A stretch of 64,000 nucleotides of DNA, taken from positions 128,001 through 192,000 of the forward strand of contig JBMFIG010000001.1 of the NCBI GenBank assembly GCA_049976425.1, written 5' to 3'. Within the stretch, counting starts at the first letter, position 1. The number at the start of each line of letters is the position of its first letter. The notes under the pieces were generated by a model that did no database searches, had not been told where the DNA came from, and saw only the letters and a list, made by a program, of their open reading frames with translations. The DNA comes from Thermoproteus sp. (lineage in GTDB: Archaea; Thermoproteota; Thermoprotei; Thermoproteales; Thermoproteaceae). Positions 28,922 to 38,963 of the stretch are shown here, in pieces. The position numbers and the translations under genes are program-made.

Positions 28922-31684
28922 TTATTCCCTATCGGCCTTAGCCTTGCCGCCGCTCAGTATCCTCGCTTGGGCCGCCGCGAGCCTCGCCAGAGGCACTCTG
29001 AACGGCGAGGCGCTGACGTAGTCCACCGCAGTCTTTTCGAAGAAGTATATGGACTTGGGATCGCCGCCGTGCTCGCCGCATACGCCGACCTCTATCTTGG
29101 GGTTCACCTCCTTGGCGGTCCGCGCGGCCAGCTCCACCAGCTTGCCGACGCCTGCGACGTCCAGCGTCTCGAAAGGATCGGCGTCGAGTATCTTGAGCTC
29201 TAGATACTGCGGTATGAACTTGTTCTCGGCGTCGTCTCTGCTGAAGCTGAAGACGGCCTGGGTCAGGTCGTTGGTCCCAAAGCTTATGAAGTCGACCTCT
29301 CTGGCTATCTGGTCCATGGTGAGGGCGGCCCTTACGGTCTCCACCATAGTGCCTATCTTGACCTCCAGCCTCACGCCGGTCTCCCTCTCCACGTCGCGCA
29401 GCGCGGGGAGTATGCCCTTCTCCTTGACGTATCTTATCTCCCTCACGTCGCTTACCTGCGGTATCATTATCTCCACCACCGGGTTGCGCCCCTCCTTCTT
29501 GAGCTCGGCGGCGGCCTCGGCTATGGCTCTGGAGAGGTAGTAGTAGAACTCGGGGTAGGTCACGCCGACGCGCACGCCGCGGTGGCCCAGCATCGGGTTG
29601 GCCTCCTGCAACGCCTTGACTCTGGCGTAGAGCCACTCCAGCTCCTTCGCGTCCTTGCCGGCGGCCTTGGCCTCGTATATCTGTTGCAGGACCTCCTCGG
29701 GCTTCGGCAAGAATTCGTGGAGCGGCGGGTCTATCAACCTGACGATGACGGGCAACCCGTCCATGATCTTGAAGATCTCCTTGAAGTCCTCCTTCAGCAT
29801 CCTGTATAGCGGCTCTAGGTGTTTGACCCTCTCCTCGCGGGTCTCGGCCAGTATCACTTTGCGCAGTAGCTCGAGCCTCTCCGGCTTCCTGAACATCCGC
29901 TCTATTCTCAAAAGCCCTATGCCTCTAGCGCCGAACTTCCTGGCCAGGGCGGCGTCCTCGGGCAGATCGGCGTTGGCCCTCACGCCGAGCCTCCTGACCT
30001 CGTCGGCCCATCCCAACAGCTCCTCCAGCTCCGGTATCAGCTCGGGCTCCACCGTGGGCACCACCCCGGCGTAGACGTTGCCCGTATTGCCGTCTATGGT
30101 GACCCAGTCGCCTTCCTTGAACACCTGCCCGTTGACGCTCATGGTCTTGGCCGCCTCGTCGATTGTCAAGGCCTCGGCGCCGACCACTGCCGGCTTGCCG
30201 ATGGCTCTGGCCACGACGGCGGCGTGGGAGGTCATCCCTCCTCTGCTCGTCAAGATGCCGACAGCTGCGTAGAAGCCGTGGACGTCGTCCGGCTTGGTCT
30301 CCACTCTGGCCAAGATCACCTTCTTGCCCTCGCGCGCCCACCTCACGGCGTCGTCCGGGTGGAACACCAGCTGGCCCGACACGGCGCCGGGGCTCGCGGG
30401 GAGGCCTTTGGCTATCGGCTGGGCTTTGGCCTTGGGATCTATACGCGGGTACAGTAGCTGGAGGACGTGGTCGGGCGATACCTTCAATAAGGCCTCCTCC
30501 TTGGTGATGATGCCTTCCTTGGCCATATCGACCGCCGTCTTGACTCTGGCCAGCGGGGTCATTTTCGCGTTGCGGCACTGGAGGAAGTAGAGCTTGCCTC
30601 TCTCCACGGTGAACTCGACGTCTTGTACGTCCTTGTTGGCTTTCTCCAACAACTTCACGCCCTTGTACAGCTCGTCGTATAGGTGCGGGAACCTCTTCCT
30701 GAACTCCTCTATGTCCATCGGGGTCCTTATGCCGGCGACCACGTCCTCGCCTTGGGCAACGGGGAGGAACTCGCCGTAGAGCTTGTTCTCGCCGGTGGCC
30801 ACATCGCGCGAGAACACGACGCCCGTGCCGGAGTCCCAGCCCATGTTGCCGAAGACCATAGTCACCACGTTGACCGCGGTGCAGTCTGCCACGTCGGGCG
30901 TTATCTTCTCGGCGACTCTGTAGAATATGGCGCGGGGGCTGTCCCAGGAGCGGAAGACTGCCTTTATGGCCAGCTTGAGCTGTTCCCAGGGATCCTGCGG
31001 AAACTCGCCGTAATGTCTCCTTATTATCTCCTTGAACCGTTCGACGGCCTCTTTCAAGCCCTCTAGAGGTACGTCGGGGTCCTCCTTGGCGTTGTACTTC
31101 TTCTTTATCTCCTCCCAAGCCGAGGAGAACAGCTTGTCGTCGATGCCCAGAACTATTCTGCCGAACATGTTGACGAAACGCCTATAGGCGTCGTACGCGA
31201 ACCACTCGTTGCCGGTCTGTTTGGCCAGACCCTTGACGGTCTGGTCGTTGAGGCCCAGGTTGAGCACGGTGTCCATCATGCCGGGCATGGAGACCGCTGC
31301 GCCGGAGCGCACCGAGACCAGCAACGGGTTCTCCGGATCGCCGAACTTCCTGCCCACCTTCTCCTCGAGACGTCTCATGTGTTGCAGGACCTCCTCCCAG
31401 AGGCCTTGCGGCAGGTCCAGGCCGTTAATCAACGCGAAGAGCTTGCCTATCGCCTGGTCCCTTACCTCGGGAGGAGGCTGTTTTTCGAGGAGCGCCTCCA
31501 GCTCGGCTATCTCGGCCCTCCTAGGCGCGAAGAAGTCCTTACAAGCCTCCGTAGTTATTATAAAGCCTGGGGGGACCCTCAGCCCGAGCTGCGTCATCTG
31601 TATTAAGCTGGCCCCCTTGCCGCCGAAGAGCTTCTTATTCCTGTAATCGGCCTCTTCAAAGTCGTAAACGTACTTTTTAGGCAT
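28922..31684 (-). CDS. ppdK: Pyruvate, phosphate dikinase
   Basis: GGKGA, PLLVSVRSGA.VSMPGMMDT, GGMTSHAAVVAR, EANPMLGHRG, SFGTNDLTQ, GVCGEHGG. Confidence 0.98.
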   Translation of the reverse strand: MPKKYVYDFEEADYRNKKLFGGKGASLIQMTQLGLRVPPGFIITTEACKDFFAPRRAEIAELEALLEKQPPPEVRDQAIGKLFALINGLDLPQGLWEEVLQHMRRLEEKVGRKFGDPENPLLVSVRSGAAVSMPGMMDTVLNLGLNDQTVKGLAKQTGNEWFAYDAYRRFVNMFGRIVLGIDDKLFSSAWEEIKKKYNAKEDPDVPLEGLKEAVERFKEIIRRHYGEFPQDPWEQLKLAIKAVFRSWDSPRAIFYRVAEKITPDVADCTAVNVVTMVFGNMGWDSGTGVVFSRDVATGENKLYGEFLPVAQGEDVVAGIRTPMDIEEFRKRFPHLYDELYKGVKLLEKANKDVQDVEFTVERGKLYFLQCRNAKMTPLARVKTAVDMAKEGIITKEEALLKVSPDHVLQLLYPRIDPKAKAQPIAKGLPASPGAVSGQLVFHPDDAVRWAREGKKVILARVETKPDDVHGFYAAVGILTSRGGMTSHAAVVARAIGKPAVVGAEALTIDEAAKTMSVNGQVFKEGDWVTIDGNTGNVYAGVVPTVEPELIPELEELLGWADEVRRLGVRANADLPEDAALARKFGARGIGLLRIERMFRKPERLELLRKVILAETREERVKHLEPLYRMLKEDFKEIFKIMDGLPVIVRLIDPPLHEFLPKPEEVLQQIYEAKAAGKDAKELEWLYARVKALQEANPMLGHRGVRVGVTYPEFYYYLSRAIAEAAAELKKEGRNPVVEIMIPQVSDVREIRYVKEKGILPALRDVERETGVRLEVKIGTMVETVRAALTMDQIAREVDFISFGTNDLTQAVFSFSRDDAENKFIPQYLELKILDADPFETLDVAGVGKLVELAARTAKEVNPKIEVGVCGEHGGDPKSIYFFEKTAVDYVSASPFRVPLARLAAAQARILSGGKAKADRE

Positions 31685-31837
31685 AGTTAAAGAACAACTG
31701 TAACCTAAAAAGATTTTCCCTATATATTAGTAGACTTCTATATGGGTATATATAAACGACTTAATTAGATCGAGCAAAACGATTTTTAAGAGTGTTTCCA
31801 GAAGATTTATCATAATAGATCATTAATGTTAATAGAT

Positions 31838-32461
31838 CTAACCGGAGGAAAGTAGACTCGATAAATACTTGGCGAGGGCATATAGCTTCTGGGAGCGGAT
31901 GACGACGTCGGCCGCCTCTTCGACGCGCCTGCTGGTGGGGTTGAACGCTATGGAGAAGCCGGCGGCTTCGAGGAGGGGCAGATCGGTCTCGCTATCGCCT
32001 ACCGCGACGGCCTCGTCTAGCGATATGCCGTATCTGGAAAGCGCTTTGGCGGCCACCTCGGCCTTGTTGGTGTTGGTCACGCCCACAGCTATTCCGGCGA
32101 CGAGATCCCCGTCGTAGATTATGTCGTTGACGTAGAACTCGGCGAAGCAGTGCGCGAGCCTCCTAGTGTAGCCCACGCCGGCGGAGACCGCGATGGCCAC
32201 GGCAGATCCGCGGCGCAAGACGTTGCACAGCTGGTCGAAGCCCTCCCGGGGCTTGAAGAGGGCCTCGACTATATATCTCGGCACGCCCCGCCACAGAGCC
32301 ACATCCGCCACGGCCCAGTCGACGTAGTCTATGTAGCCCCTCTCGTATAGGGCTCTGTTCATATCGGCGTCTATGCCGAGTATGTCGTGTATCCTCTTCC
32401 AAGCCGACCTGAAGTTAGTCAAGACGCCGTCAACGTCGAGGACGACCGCCCTGTACCTCAT
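31838..32461 (-). CDS. HAD-IB phosphoserine-phosphatase-like hydrolase
   Basis: LDVDGVLT, VSAG, K, VGDSETD. Confidence 0.88.
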   Translation of the reverse strand: MRYRAVVLDVDGVLTNFRSAWKRIHDILGIDADMNRALYERGYIDYVDWAVADVALWRGVPRYIVEALFKPREGFDQLCNVLRRGSAVAIAVSAGVGYTRRLAHCFAEFYVNDIIYDGDLVAGIAVGVTNTNKAEVAAKALSRYGISLDEAVAVGDSETDLPLLEAAGFSIAFNPTSRRVEEAADVVIRSQKLYALAKYLSSLLSSG

Positions 32462-32691
32462 TCTTTATAGACCTTGATGGCGCCCGAAGGGCAGTTCTTC
32501 TCGGCTTCCTTGACGGCATCGTAGAGGGAGTCGGGCACGATTCCCTCGTCGACCTTTCCGTTGAGCCTGAACTGTTCGGCGATGCCCGGCTTCCCCTCAG
32601 GCAACATGGGGATGAAAACGGTCGGTGCGTAGAATAGGCAGAAGTGGGCGACGACGCACTTCTGCCGATCTATCCTCACCTTGACGACCAT
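32458..32691 (-). CDS. Monocluster ferredoxin (probably [3Fe-4S])
   Basis: CVVAHFC ... CPSGAI, with the second Cys replaced by Ala. Confidence 0.88.
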   Translation of the reverse strand: MVVKVRIDRQKCVVAHFCLFYAPTVFIPMLPEGKPGIAEQFRLNGKVDEGIVPDSLYDAVKEAEKNCPSGAIKVYKE

Positions 32692-32716
32692 GGCTAGGCG
32701 ATATTCCCAATATATA

Positions 32717-33178
32717 TCATCTGCGGAGCCCCAAACTGCGCAACAAGGCCTCCTCGACGTCGTCCACCTCCTCTACATGTGCTAGGCGGCACACGCGCCC
32801 GCCGCACATCTCGACGCCCTCGTAGGCCAGAAGAGCCCTCTTGAGCTCGACCCCGTAAGAATACCCTCCGAGGGAGCCGTCGGCCCTCACCACCCTATGG
32901 CAGGGCAGGACGACGGGGTAGGGGTTCCGGGCCAACAAAAGCCCGGCGGCCCGAGGGCCCAGCCCTACGGCGGCGCCGAACTCCTTATAGGACGTCGCGG
33001 ATCCGCGCCTAACGCCCAGGAGGCGGATCAAGGGGTTCGACACATCCAGTTTCACGTACTTTACGAACTCCTCGAGCTCCAGATAGCTTGGGCAGTTGCC
33101 CAACAGCTCTATCCGCGATCCTCTGAGCCTAAGCGCCACCGGCCCGTATCTGGCGCATATTATTTTACTGCCGGACAT
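32717..33178 (-). CDS. ogt: O6-methylguanine-DNA methyltransferase
   Basis: SY, PRAAG, NP, LPCHRVV, GGY, KRALLAYE. Confidence 0.92.
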   Translation of the reverse strand: MSGSKIICARYGPVALRLRGSRIELLGNCPSYLELEEFVKYVKLDVSNPLIRLLGVRRGSATSYKEFGAAVGLGPRAAGLLLARNPYPVVLPCHRVVRADGSLGGYSYGVELKRALLAYEGVEMCGGRVCRLAHVEEVDDVEEALLRSLGLRR

Positions 33179-33183
33179 CTTCG

Positions 33184-33450
33184 GTGGTCCGCGTGTTGTT
33201 GGAGGGCGTGTTGACGTATCTAGCTGGCAGGAGGGAGCTCGAGGTGGAGGCCTCGACTGTGGGGGAGCTGATAGAGAGGTTGAGGGATTTCCCGAAGCTG
33301 TACGAGAGGATTAAGGGCAGGAGGGACAAGCTGTCGCCAGACATATACATAGCGGTTAACGATGTGGATATAAGGTTGTTATCGGGCCTAGACACCCCGC
33401 TGAAGGAAGGCGACGTTGTGCTTATCCTCGCGTATATACACGGCGGCTAG
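33184..33450 (+). CDS. MoaD/Urm1/SAMP ubiquitin-like protein
   Basis: VNDVDIRLLSGLDTPLKEGD; C-terminal IHGG. Confidence 0.9.
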   Translation: MVRVLLEGVLTYLAGRRELEVEASTVGELIERLRDFPKLYERIKGRRDKLSPDIYIAVNDVDIRLLSGLDTPLKEGDVVLILAYIHGG

Positions 33451-33968
33451 CCTCTACGTCTTACCTTCAAGGCCTCCCTCGCCGCCTCCTCTTCCCTCAG
33501 CTCGGGCGGCTCCTCGGGCAGATGTGCGAACACCTCCCGACCTGCGATCCTCTGAGGCGTCACTATCACTTCCTGTCTGTAATAAACAACGCCCTCCGGC
33601 ACCTCTATCTTGGAGAACAGCGCTTGGAGCAACAAGGTGCCGCCGAAGAACGTGATGGTGAGGAAGCCGGTCAAGACCACGCCCCAGAGCGTGGCGTTCT
33701 CTATAAATCCCTGGATCGGTCCGACGGGGAACACGAAGCTCTGGGCCAGAACCTCGCGGAGGGCCCATAGGGCGAAGAAGACGAACCAGAGGAAGAGCCC
33801 GGCGAGGCCCCACCTCACGAAGAAGTCGCCGAACCAGCGCCGGGCGGGCCGTCTAGGCCTTCCGGAAGCTATCAGCGCTAGGACGGCGGCAATCAAGACC
33901 ATCAAGAGCCAGGATAGTAGGATAGACCCCTTCACGCTCTGGATAAAGGCCGCCAGCTGGCTCAACAC
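33447..33968 (-). CDS. Membrane protein (3 TM), function unknown
   Basis: Three hydrophobic segments and a charged C-tail; TTTATA box upstream. Confidence 0.7.
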   Translation of the reverse strand: MLSQLAAFIQSVKGSILLSWLLMVLIAAVLALIASGRPRRPARRWFGDFFVRWGLAGLFLWFVFFALWALREVLAQSFVFPVGPIQGFIENATLWGVVLTGFLTITFFGGTLLLQALFSKIEVPEGVVYYRQEVIVTPQRIAGREVFAHLPEEPPELREEEAAREALKVRRRG

Positions 33969-34083
33969 AACGACTACCCCTGTCCATAATATAAAGGTAT
34001 TTTACGGATATGAGCGACGCCGCCACGTATACTCGCGGTGTTTTTGTGGACGACGCCATAAAAACGCCCGGGGGTCCTATGCC

Positions 34084-34623
34084 ATGATATTGACCGGGGA
34101 GGAGATAAAGAGGCTCATATCTCTCGGCAGGTTGTCCATAGAGCCGCTTCGGAGCGACGCAATACGCGAGAACGGGCTCGACCTACGTATAGGCAAGGAA
34201 TACGCGATATATGCCTACGAGGGGGCCGCCATAAGGCCGTGCGATCTGGCCGAGGGGGAGGCGAGGCGCCACTTCAGGGTGGTCAAGGAGGCCGAGGAGA
34301 TAGCGATTCCGCCGAGGAACTTCGTCCTCCTCACCACAGAGGAGTACGTCAAGATGCCCAACGACGTGGTGGGCCTAGCCAACCTCCGCTCGACGCTGGC
34401 CCGCTACGGCTTAGTGATACCCCCAACTGTCGTCGACGCGGGTTTTGAGGGGAACATAACCATTGAGGTGGTGAACGAGTCCCCGAACACCATAGTCCTC
34501 AAGCCGGGCCTCCGCTTCCTCCACCTTATTCTGGTGAAGGCCGAGGGCGCCGCCAAGTACCTCGGCACGTATCTGGGGCAGAGGGGGGTGACGCCGCCTA
34601 AAGGCCTTAAGGCGGAGTGCTAG
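34084..34623 (+). CDS. dcd: dCTP deaminase
   Basis: ENGLDLRIG, RSTLARYGL, VDAGFEGNITIE, YLGQ; ATG at 34084. Confidence 0.93.
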   Translation: MILTGEEIKRLISLGRLSIEPLRSDAIRENGLDLRIGKEYAIYAYEGAAIRPCDLAEGEARRHFRVVKEAEEIAIPPRNFVLLTTEEYVKMPNDVVGLANLRSTLARYGLVIPPTVVDAGFEGNITIEVVNESPNTIVLKPGLRFLHLILVKAEGAAKYLGTYLGQRGVTPPKGLKAEC

Positions 34624-35600
34624 AGCACCCGCGCCTCCCCCTCCTCTACCAGCACGTCGTCCTCTATCCTTATCCCGAAGTGGCCCGGCACGTAGACGCC
34701 CGGCTCGACTGTGAAGACGTTGCCGCTCCTTAAGGCATACCCCTCGCCAGGTGCTATGTTCGGGGCCTCGTGGAACTCGAGGCCGAGGCCGTGCCCCGTC
34801 CTGTGGATGAAATAGCGCTCCAGCCCCCTACGCCTCAAGACCGACCTCGCCGCCTCGTCGACGTCGCCTGCCCGGACGCCTGGCCGAGCCGCCGCTATCG
34901 CGGCCGCCTGCGCCTCCGAGACGGCCGTATAGAGCTCCCTAAAGCCGGCGGGCTCGCCTCTGAACGCGAAAGTCCGCGTTATATCGCCGTAGTACCCCTC
35001 GTAGGCCGCCGTCACGTCGATTATCACCACGTCGCCTTCCCTCAGCCTCCTCTCGGTAGGGCCTTGGTGGGGAAGCGCCGTGTTTTCGCCGAATTGGACC
35101 AGGATGGGGCCCGGCTTCAGCCCCCGCTCCACGAGCCTTAGATATATATCGGCGGCCGCCTTCCGCTCAGAGATGCCGGGCGAAAGCTCGGCGTAGGCCT
35201 CCGCTATGACCTCCTTTATCTCCTTGACGGCTCTCGATATCCTCTCGACCTCGTCGGGGCGCTTGACGGCTCTGAGGCCGTTTATATAGTCGTCGGCAAT
35301 CCTATACGTCGCGGCCCCGCCGAGAGCCCGCCTTATGATCTCCCAAGCCCTCAACGTGGTGCCTCCGTCGACCTCGACGTCGCCGCCTCCGCACTCCTTC
35401 ACGGCCCTCCTCAAGGCCTCCGCCGGATCTTCACCATCGGAGTACGTGTAGGCCGGGCCGGGCACTCTCCCCTCCTCGAGCTTAGGCACCACGAACACCT
35501 TCTTGTATCCGCAGACCAGCAGTGCGGCGAACCTCTCGTACGCCTCGAGCTCGACGTCCGAGAAGTACTTGATGTTTACAGGCGTCGTCAAGATCAACAT
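34620..35600 (-). CDS. Xaa-Pro aminopeptidase/prolidase (M24)
   Basis: ALPH, DITRT, HRTGHGLGLEFHE, TVEPG, RIED. Confidence 0.93.
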   Translation of the reverse strand: MLILTTPVNIKYFSDVELEAYERFAALLVCGYKKVFVVPKLEEGRVPGPAYTYSDGEDPAEALRRAVKECGGGDVEVDGGTTLRAWEIIRRALGGAATYRIADDYINGLRAVKRPDEVERISRAVKEIKEVIAEAYAELSPGISERKAAADIYLRLVERGLKPGPILVQFGENTALPHQGPTERRLREGDVVIIDVTAAYEGYYGDITRTFAFRGEPAGFRELYTAVSEAQAAAIAAARPGVRAGDVDEAARSVLRRRGLERYFIHRTGHGLGLEFHEAPNIAPGEGYALRSGNVFTVEPGVYVPGHFGIRIEDDVLVEEGEARVL

Positions 35601-35609
35601 ATAGGGATA

Positions 35610-35987
35610 TCAGCTTAGGTATATATCGACTTCTTGCAAGACGCCGCGCTCGAGGCGCCAGGCCTTGAGCTCCATGGTGCCGGCGCGGCCTATGATCCAC
35701 ACCACGGGCCACATCTTCATATACTTTAGGTCGAGGGGGCTGGGCACCGGCGCGCCTGGATGCGTGTGGAATATGGCCACAAGCTCCAAGCCGAGCCGCT
35801 CGGCGTCGGCGATAGCCCCGTACACGCGCTCGGGATCCAGCTTGAACTCCACAGGGCTTTTGGCCACGTTCTCCACCCAAGTCCACCGGCTCGCCGAATC
35901 GCCGGTCCCGAACAGTAGGGCGGCGCACTCCTCCCGTGGGCTACACCTCTCCCTGGCCTCTTCCACGAACCTCCTAGGCACGCGCAT
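35610..35987 (-). CDS. JAMM/MPN+ isopeptidase (desampylase-like)
   Basis: E...FHTHP.....PSPLD JAMM motif. Confidence 0.9.
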   Translation of the reverse strand: MRVPRRFVEEARERCSPREECAALLFGTGDSASRWTWVENVAKSPVEFKLDPERVYGAIADAERLGLELVAIFHTHPGAPVPSPLDLKYMKMWPVVWIIGRAGTMELKAWRLERGVLQEVDIYLS

Positions 35988-36243
35988 AGAGCCTCTTCCT
36001 CGCCTCCACTATGACGTCGACTATCCTTATCGAGGCGGGGCACACCAGCTCGCACGCCCTACATCTAAGACAGGTGGCCAAGCTCTCCACCACATACCTC
36101 GACGAGATCCCGCCGTCCAGAACGGCTCGCGCCATCTGGAGCCTCCCGCGGGGCCCCATATGCCTCATCCTCACGGCGTTGTAGGTGGGGCATACCGCCT
36201 CGCAGAAGCCGCACCGCGCGCACCGGTCGATCTCCGATATCAC
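35974..36243 (-). CDS. 2x[4Fe-4S] dicluster protein (GlcF/HdrC-like)
   Basis: CARCGFCEAVCP and CLRCRACELVCP; GTG at 36243 overlaps the upstream stop. Confidence 0.88.
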   Translation of the reverse strand: MISEIDRCARCGFCEAVCPTYNAVRMRHMGPRGRLQMARAVLDGGISSRYVVESLATCLRCRACELVCPASIRIVDVIVEARKRLYARA

Positions 36244-37157
36244 GATATCACCTCGGCGAGGTCCAGTATCTTGAGCCCCGACGCCGCCCGTGAGAGGTTG
36301 ACGTAGCAGATGGGGCATACCGTGATCACGGTGTCGGAGAGCTTGGAGAGCTGTCTGATCCTTATCTTGGCGACCTCGCCAGCTACGTCGGGCCTGACCG
36401 ACTCTATAGGCCCTCCGCAACATCCCGAATAGGCCTTGCCGGTCACGTACGGATCCTCCACGTGGACGACGCCTACGGAGTCCAGCAAGCGCCTGTACAC
36501 GTCGTATCTATCCAGATACCGAGCGTATAGGCAGGAGTCGTGTACGACAGCCTTGACAACGGAGGCCTTGGACGGCTTCACGAGGTCCATATAGCTCACC
36601 ACCTTGAGGTCGAACCCATCTACGTATTTGGGGTATACCCTCTCCAGTACGTAATGGGTGTGGGGATCTACGGTGATGACCTCCTCCACGCCTCTCTCCT
36701 TGAAGTACCTATACACCTCCCTGGCGTAGGACGCGAAATCCTCCTCGAATCCTAGCTCGTAGAGCAGGGCGCCTGAATACGGCTCGTCTCTCAAAACGCC
36801 GAACTGTACGCCGGCTTTGCTCAACATAGTTGCGATGTTCCTCAATATGCCGTCGGCCCGCCTAGCATCCTCGTCCGAGGGCTTGAGAAGAAATCCGCCG
36901 AACGCTCTGGCCCCAACGGCCGCCAGCTTAGCCCTCACGCCTCCGGAGCTGGCGCCGACCTTCTGCAACATGTCGACGGCCTTGGCTATAAGCGGCGCGA
37001 GCTGGTACATGCAGGAGCTGTACAGCACGCGGCGGCCTCCCTCGGGCAGGCCGGAGGTCCACCGGCTACAGATAGATCTATCCGCCGGCAAGGGGAATCT
37101 GTTGCGTTTTAGGTTATCCACTACGAGATCTCGCAGGGCGCGTATCCAATCCTCCAT
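36240..37157 (-). CDS. CCG-domain Fe-S oxidoreductase subunit (GlcF/HdrB-like)
   Basis: HDSC, CCGG, TVCPIC; first CCG domain degenerate (YSG, VDPH); ATG at 37157. Confidence 0.85.
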   Translation of the reverse strand: MEDWIRALRDLVVDNLKRNRFPLPADRSICSRWTSGLPEGGRRVLYSSCMYQLAPLIAKAVDMLQKVGASSGGVRAKLAAVGARAFGGFLLKPSDEDARRADGILRNIATMLSKAGVQFGVLRDEPYSGALLYELGFEEDFASYAREVYRYFKERGVEEVITVDPHTHYVLERVYPKYVDGFDLKVVSYMDLVKPSKASVVKAVVHDSCLYARYLDRYDVYRRLLDSVGVVHVEDPYVTGKAYSGCCGGPIESVRPDVAGEVAKIRIRQLSKLSDTVITVCPICYVNLSRAASGLKILDLAEVIS

Positions 37158-37525
37158 TATTCTAGGGGCGTGAACAAGGTCTTGACGGCCTTTTCGGAAA
37201 GGCCCATCAAGAACTCGCCCACCCTCTTCCCATCGCCGTAGACGACGAACACCGAGAGGCACCTGTCGCCTATATGCATATGCGAGTAGTTGGCTATGAG
37301 GTCCTTATACTCCTCCATGATCTCGCTGACGATCTCCATGCCCTCTGCCAGCGAGAGGATTGCGCCGAGGCATCTATGGCCGCCTCTCAGATGTTGCGAG
37401 TAGGTCTGGACGAAGTTGGACACGGCTTGTGCGACCACGGCGCTGCGGGTCACGCCGAGCTCTTGAGAGATTCTGTCGACCTCTTGCGCTAGGTCGTCCG
37501 GCAAAGAGACGCCGAACCGCTTCAT
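37157..37525 (-). CDS. NikR-like ribbon-helix-helix regulator
   Basis: MKRFGVSLP...RSAVV RHH; SHMH..C metal site. Confidence 0.85.
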   Translation of the reverse strand: MKRFGVSLPDDLAQEVDRISQELGVTRSAVVAQAVSNFVQTYSQHLRGGHRCLGAILSLAEGMEIVSEIMEEYKDLIANYSHMHIGDRCLSVFVVYGDGKRVGEFLMGLSEKAVKTLFTPLE

Positions 37526-37567
37526 GCGAATAGGTGACTAGATATATATTTAGTTTGTGGTCGGCCC

Positions 37568-38023
37568 ATGGACTGTATAGGTGTCGTCGACACGACGTTT
37601 GCGAGGGTCGACATGGCGTCGGAGGCCATAGACGAGATCAAGAACCTCGCCCCAGACGTCGAGGTGAGGAGGGTCACGGTGCCCGGAATCAAGAACACCA
37701 TATGGGGCGCCAAGAAGCTCGCGCGGGAGGGCTGTACGGCTCTGCTCGTTTTGGGCTGGGTAGGGCCCTCCCTCACCGACAAGCTCAGCTACCTGGCCAT
37801 GTCGATTGGGCTTATCGAGCTCCAGATACATATGGACGTCCTCATACTCGACGTGACCGTGCACGAGGACGAGGCCTCCGACGAGCGGGAGCTCAAGACG
37901 ATCGCCGTAGATAGGGCGCGGAAGCATGCAAGGAACCTCGTGGCGTTGATGAGGGGGGATCTATCCAAGTTCGCGGGGATGGGCCTAAGACAGGGGCGGC
38001 CGGACGTAGGTCCTATAATTTAG
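37568..38023 (+). CDS. ribC: Archaeal-type riboflavin synthase
   Basis: IGVVDTTFARVDM, TVPGIK, VHEDE, GLRQG. Confidence 0.93.
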   Translation: MDCIGVVDTTFARVDMASEAIDEIKNLAPDVEVRRVTVPGIKNTIWGAKKLAREGCTALLVLGWVGPSLTDKLSYLAMSIGLIELQIHMDVLILDVTVHEDEASDERELKTIAVDRARKHARNLVALMRGDLSKFAGMGLRQGRPDVGPII

Positions 38024-38243
38024 AAAAAGGAAGCTAAAATTATTATTATTATGGCATCATTTATGTTCAAATAGACAAGGCGAATTCCTCATTAGAAAAT
38101 AAATAAAAACCTTTTGGATTTATATAATATCTATATTTTACTGATATCCATAGAAAGCCATATATAGACATAAGATGACAGTGCCAACGGGCGGTTGCTA
38201 GAACCCCGGCGTACCCCCCAAGTATGCCGCCGCCCGTATTTCT

Positions 38244-38963
38244 CTATCTGAACAACAAGCCCAAGGTAGCCGCCATGATTCCCGTGAGGTATATGCCGTC
38301 CCACACGCCGGCCCCTCCAATTGAGGCGAGCGGAGGCATTTGGGCGAGGATCTTCCTAATGTTGTAGACGTCGGCTCCCAGCAGAGTGCCGTAGACGCCT
38401 ATTATGTAGGCCACCGCGGGCGTCAGTCGGCCAGCCCACAGAGAAAACAGAAATGCTATAATCGGCGGCAGGAAACCCGGAGTGACCACCCCCACGCCGG
38501 GCACGACCCTGCTCACGAAATAGACGGCGACAGATGTAGCTAGGGTAGCTAGGGCCGTTCCCAGCATGTACAGCGCAGGCAATTTGGCGAATATATAGGT
38601 CGATAGAATTAGCGGTATTAGGGCGCCGCCTATATTCACGGCGAGTCTGGCTATCTGTTCCTGCACGGCTATTTGGGGCACAGGTATAGGTATGCCGAAG
38701 ACGTACATAACACCGAATGCGGGATAGTAGACCCTCCTCCTAGCTGTATATATCACTACGTGGAAGGGGCTCAGCAGAAGGCTGAGGAACGTGGAGGCCG
38801 CGGCCACCGCCACCGACTCTGCGAGGCCGACCCCTATAGTACGTAGCACTGTCGCCAGCCCGGCTAGATACGAAGGCATCAATAACAACGCGAGGACGGC
38901 GTATATAGCGCCGACTATGCCAGTAAAGGGCGGCGAGAAGACGACGCGTCCGCCGCCCCTTAT
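38244..38963 (-). CDS. DUF1614-family membrane protein (start codon apparently ATA)
   Basis: LAVNIGGALIP, VPGVGV, GTLLGAD, SIGGAGVWDGIYL. Confidence 0.8.
   Translation of the reverse strand: MRGGGRVVFSPPFTGIVGAIYAVLALLLMPSYLAGLATVLRTIGVGLAESVAVAAASTFLSLLLSPFHVVIYTARRRVYYPAFGVMYVFGIPIPVPQIAVQEQIARLAVNIGGALIPLILSTYIFAKLPALYMLGTALATLATSVAVYFVSRVVPGVGVVTPGFLPPIIAFLFSLWAGRLTPAVAYIIGVYGTLLGADVYNIRKILAQMPPLASIGGAGVWDGIYLTGIMAATLGLLFR

Noticed and set aside
29925-31118. 397-aa alternative-frame ORF in ppdK, and similar nested ORFs in malQ, glmS, metG and asnA
   Set aside because: Expected from high GC3 codon bias; Arg/Gly-rich with no recognisable motifs
33610-34083. 157-aa N-terminal extension of dcd
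   Set aside because: Antisense to the membrane-protein gene; the Dcd fold begins at ATG 34084
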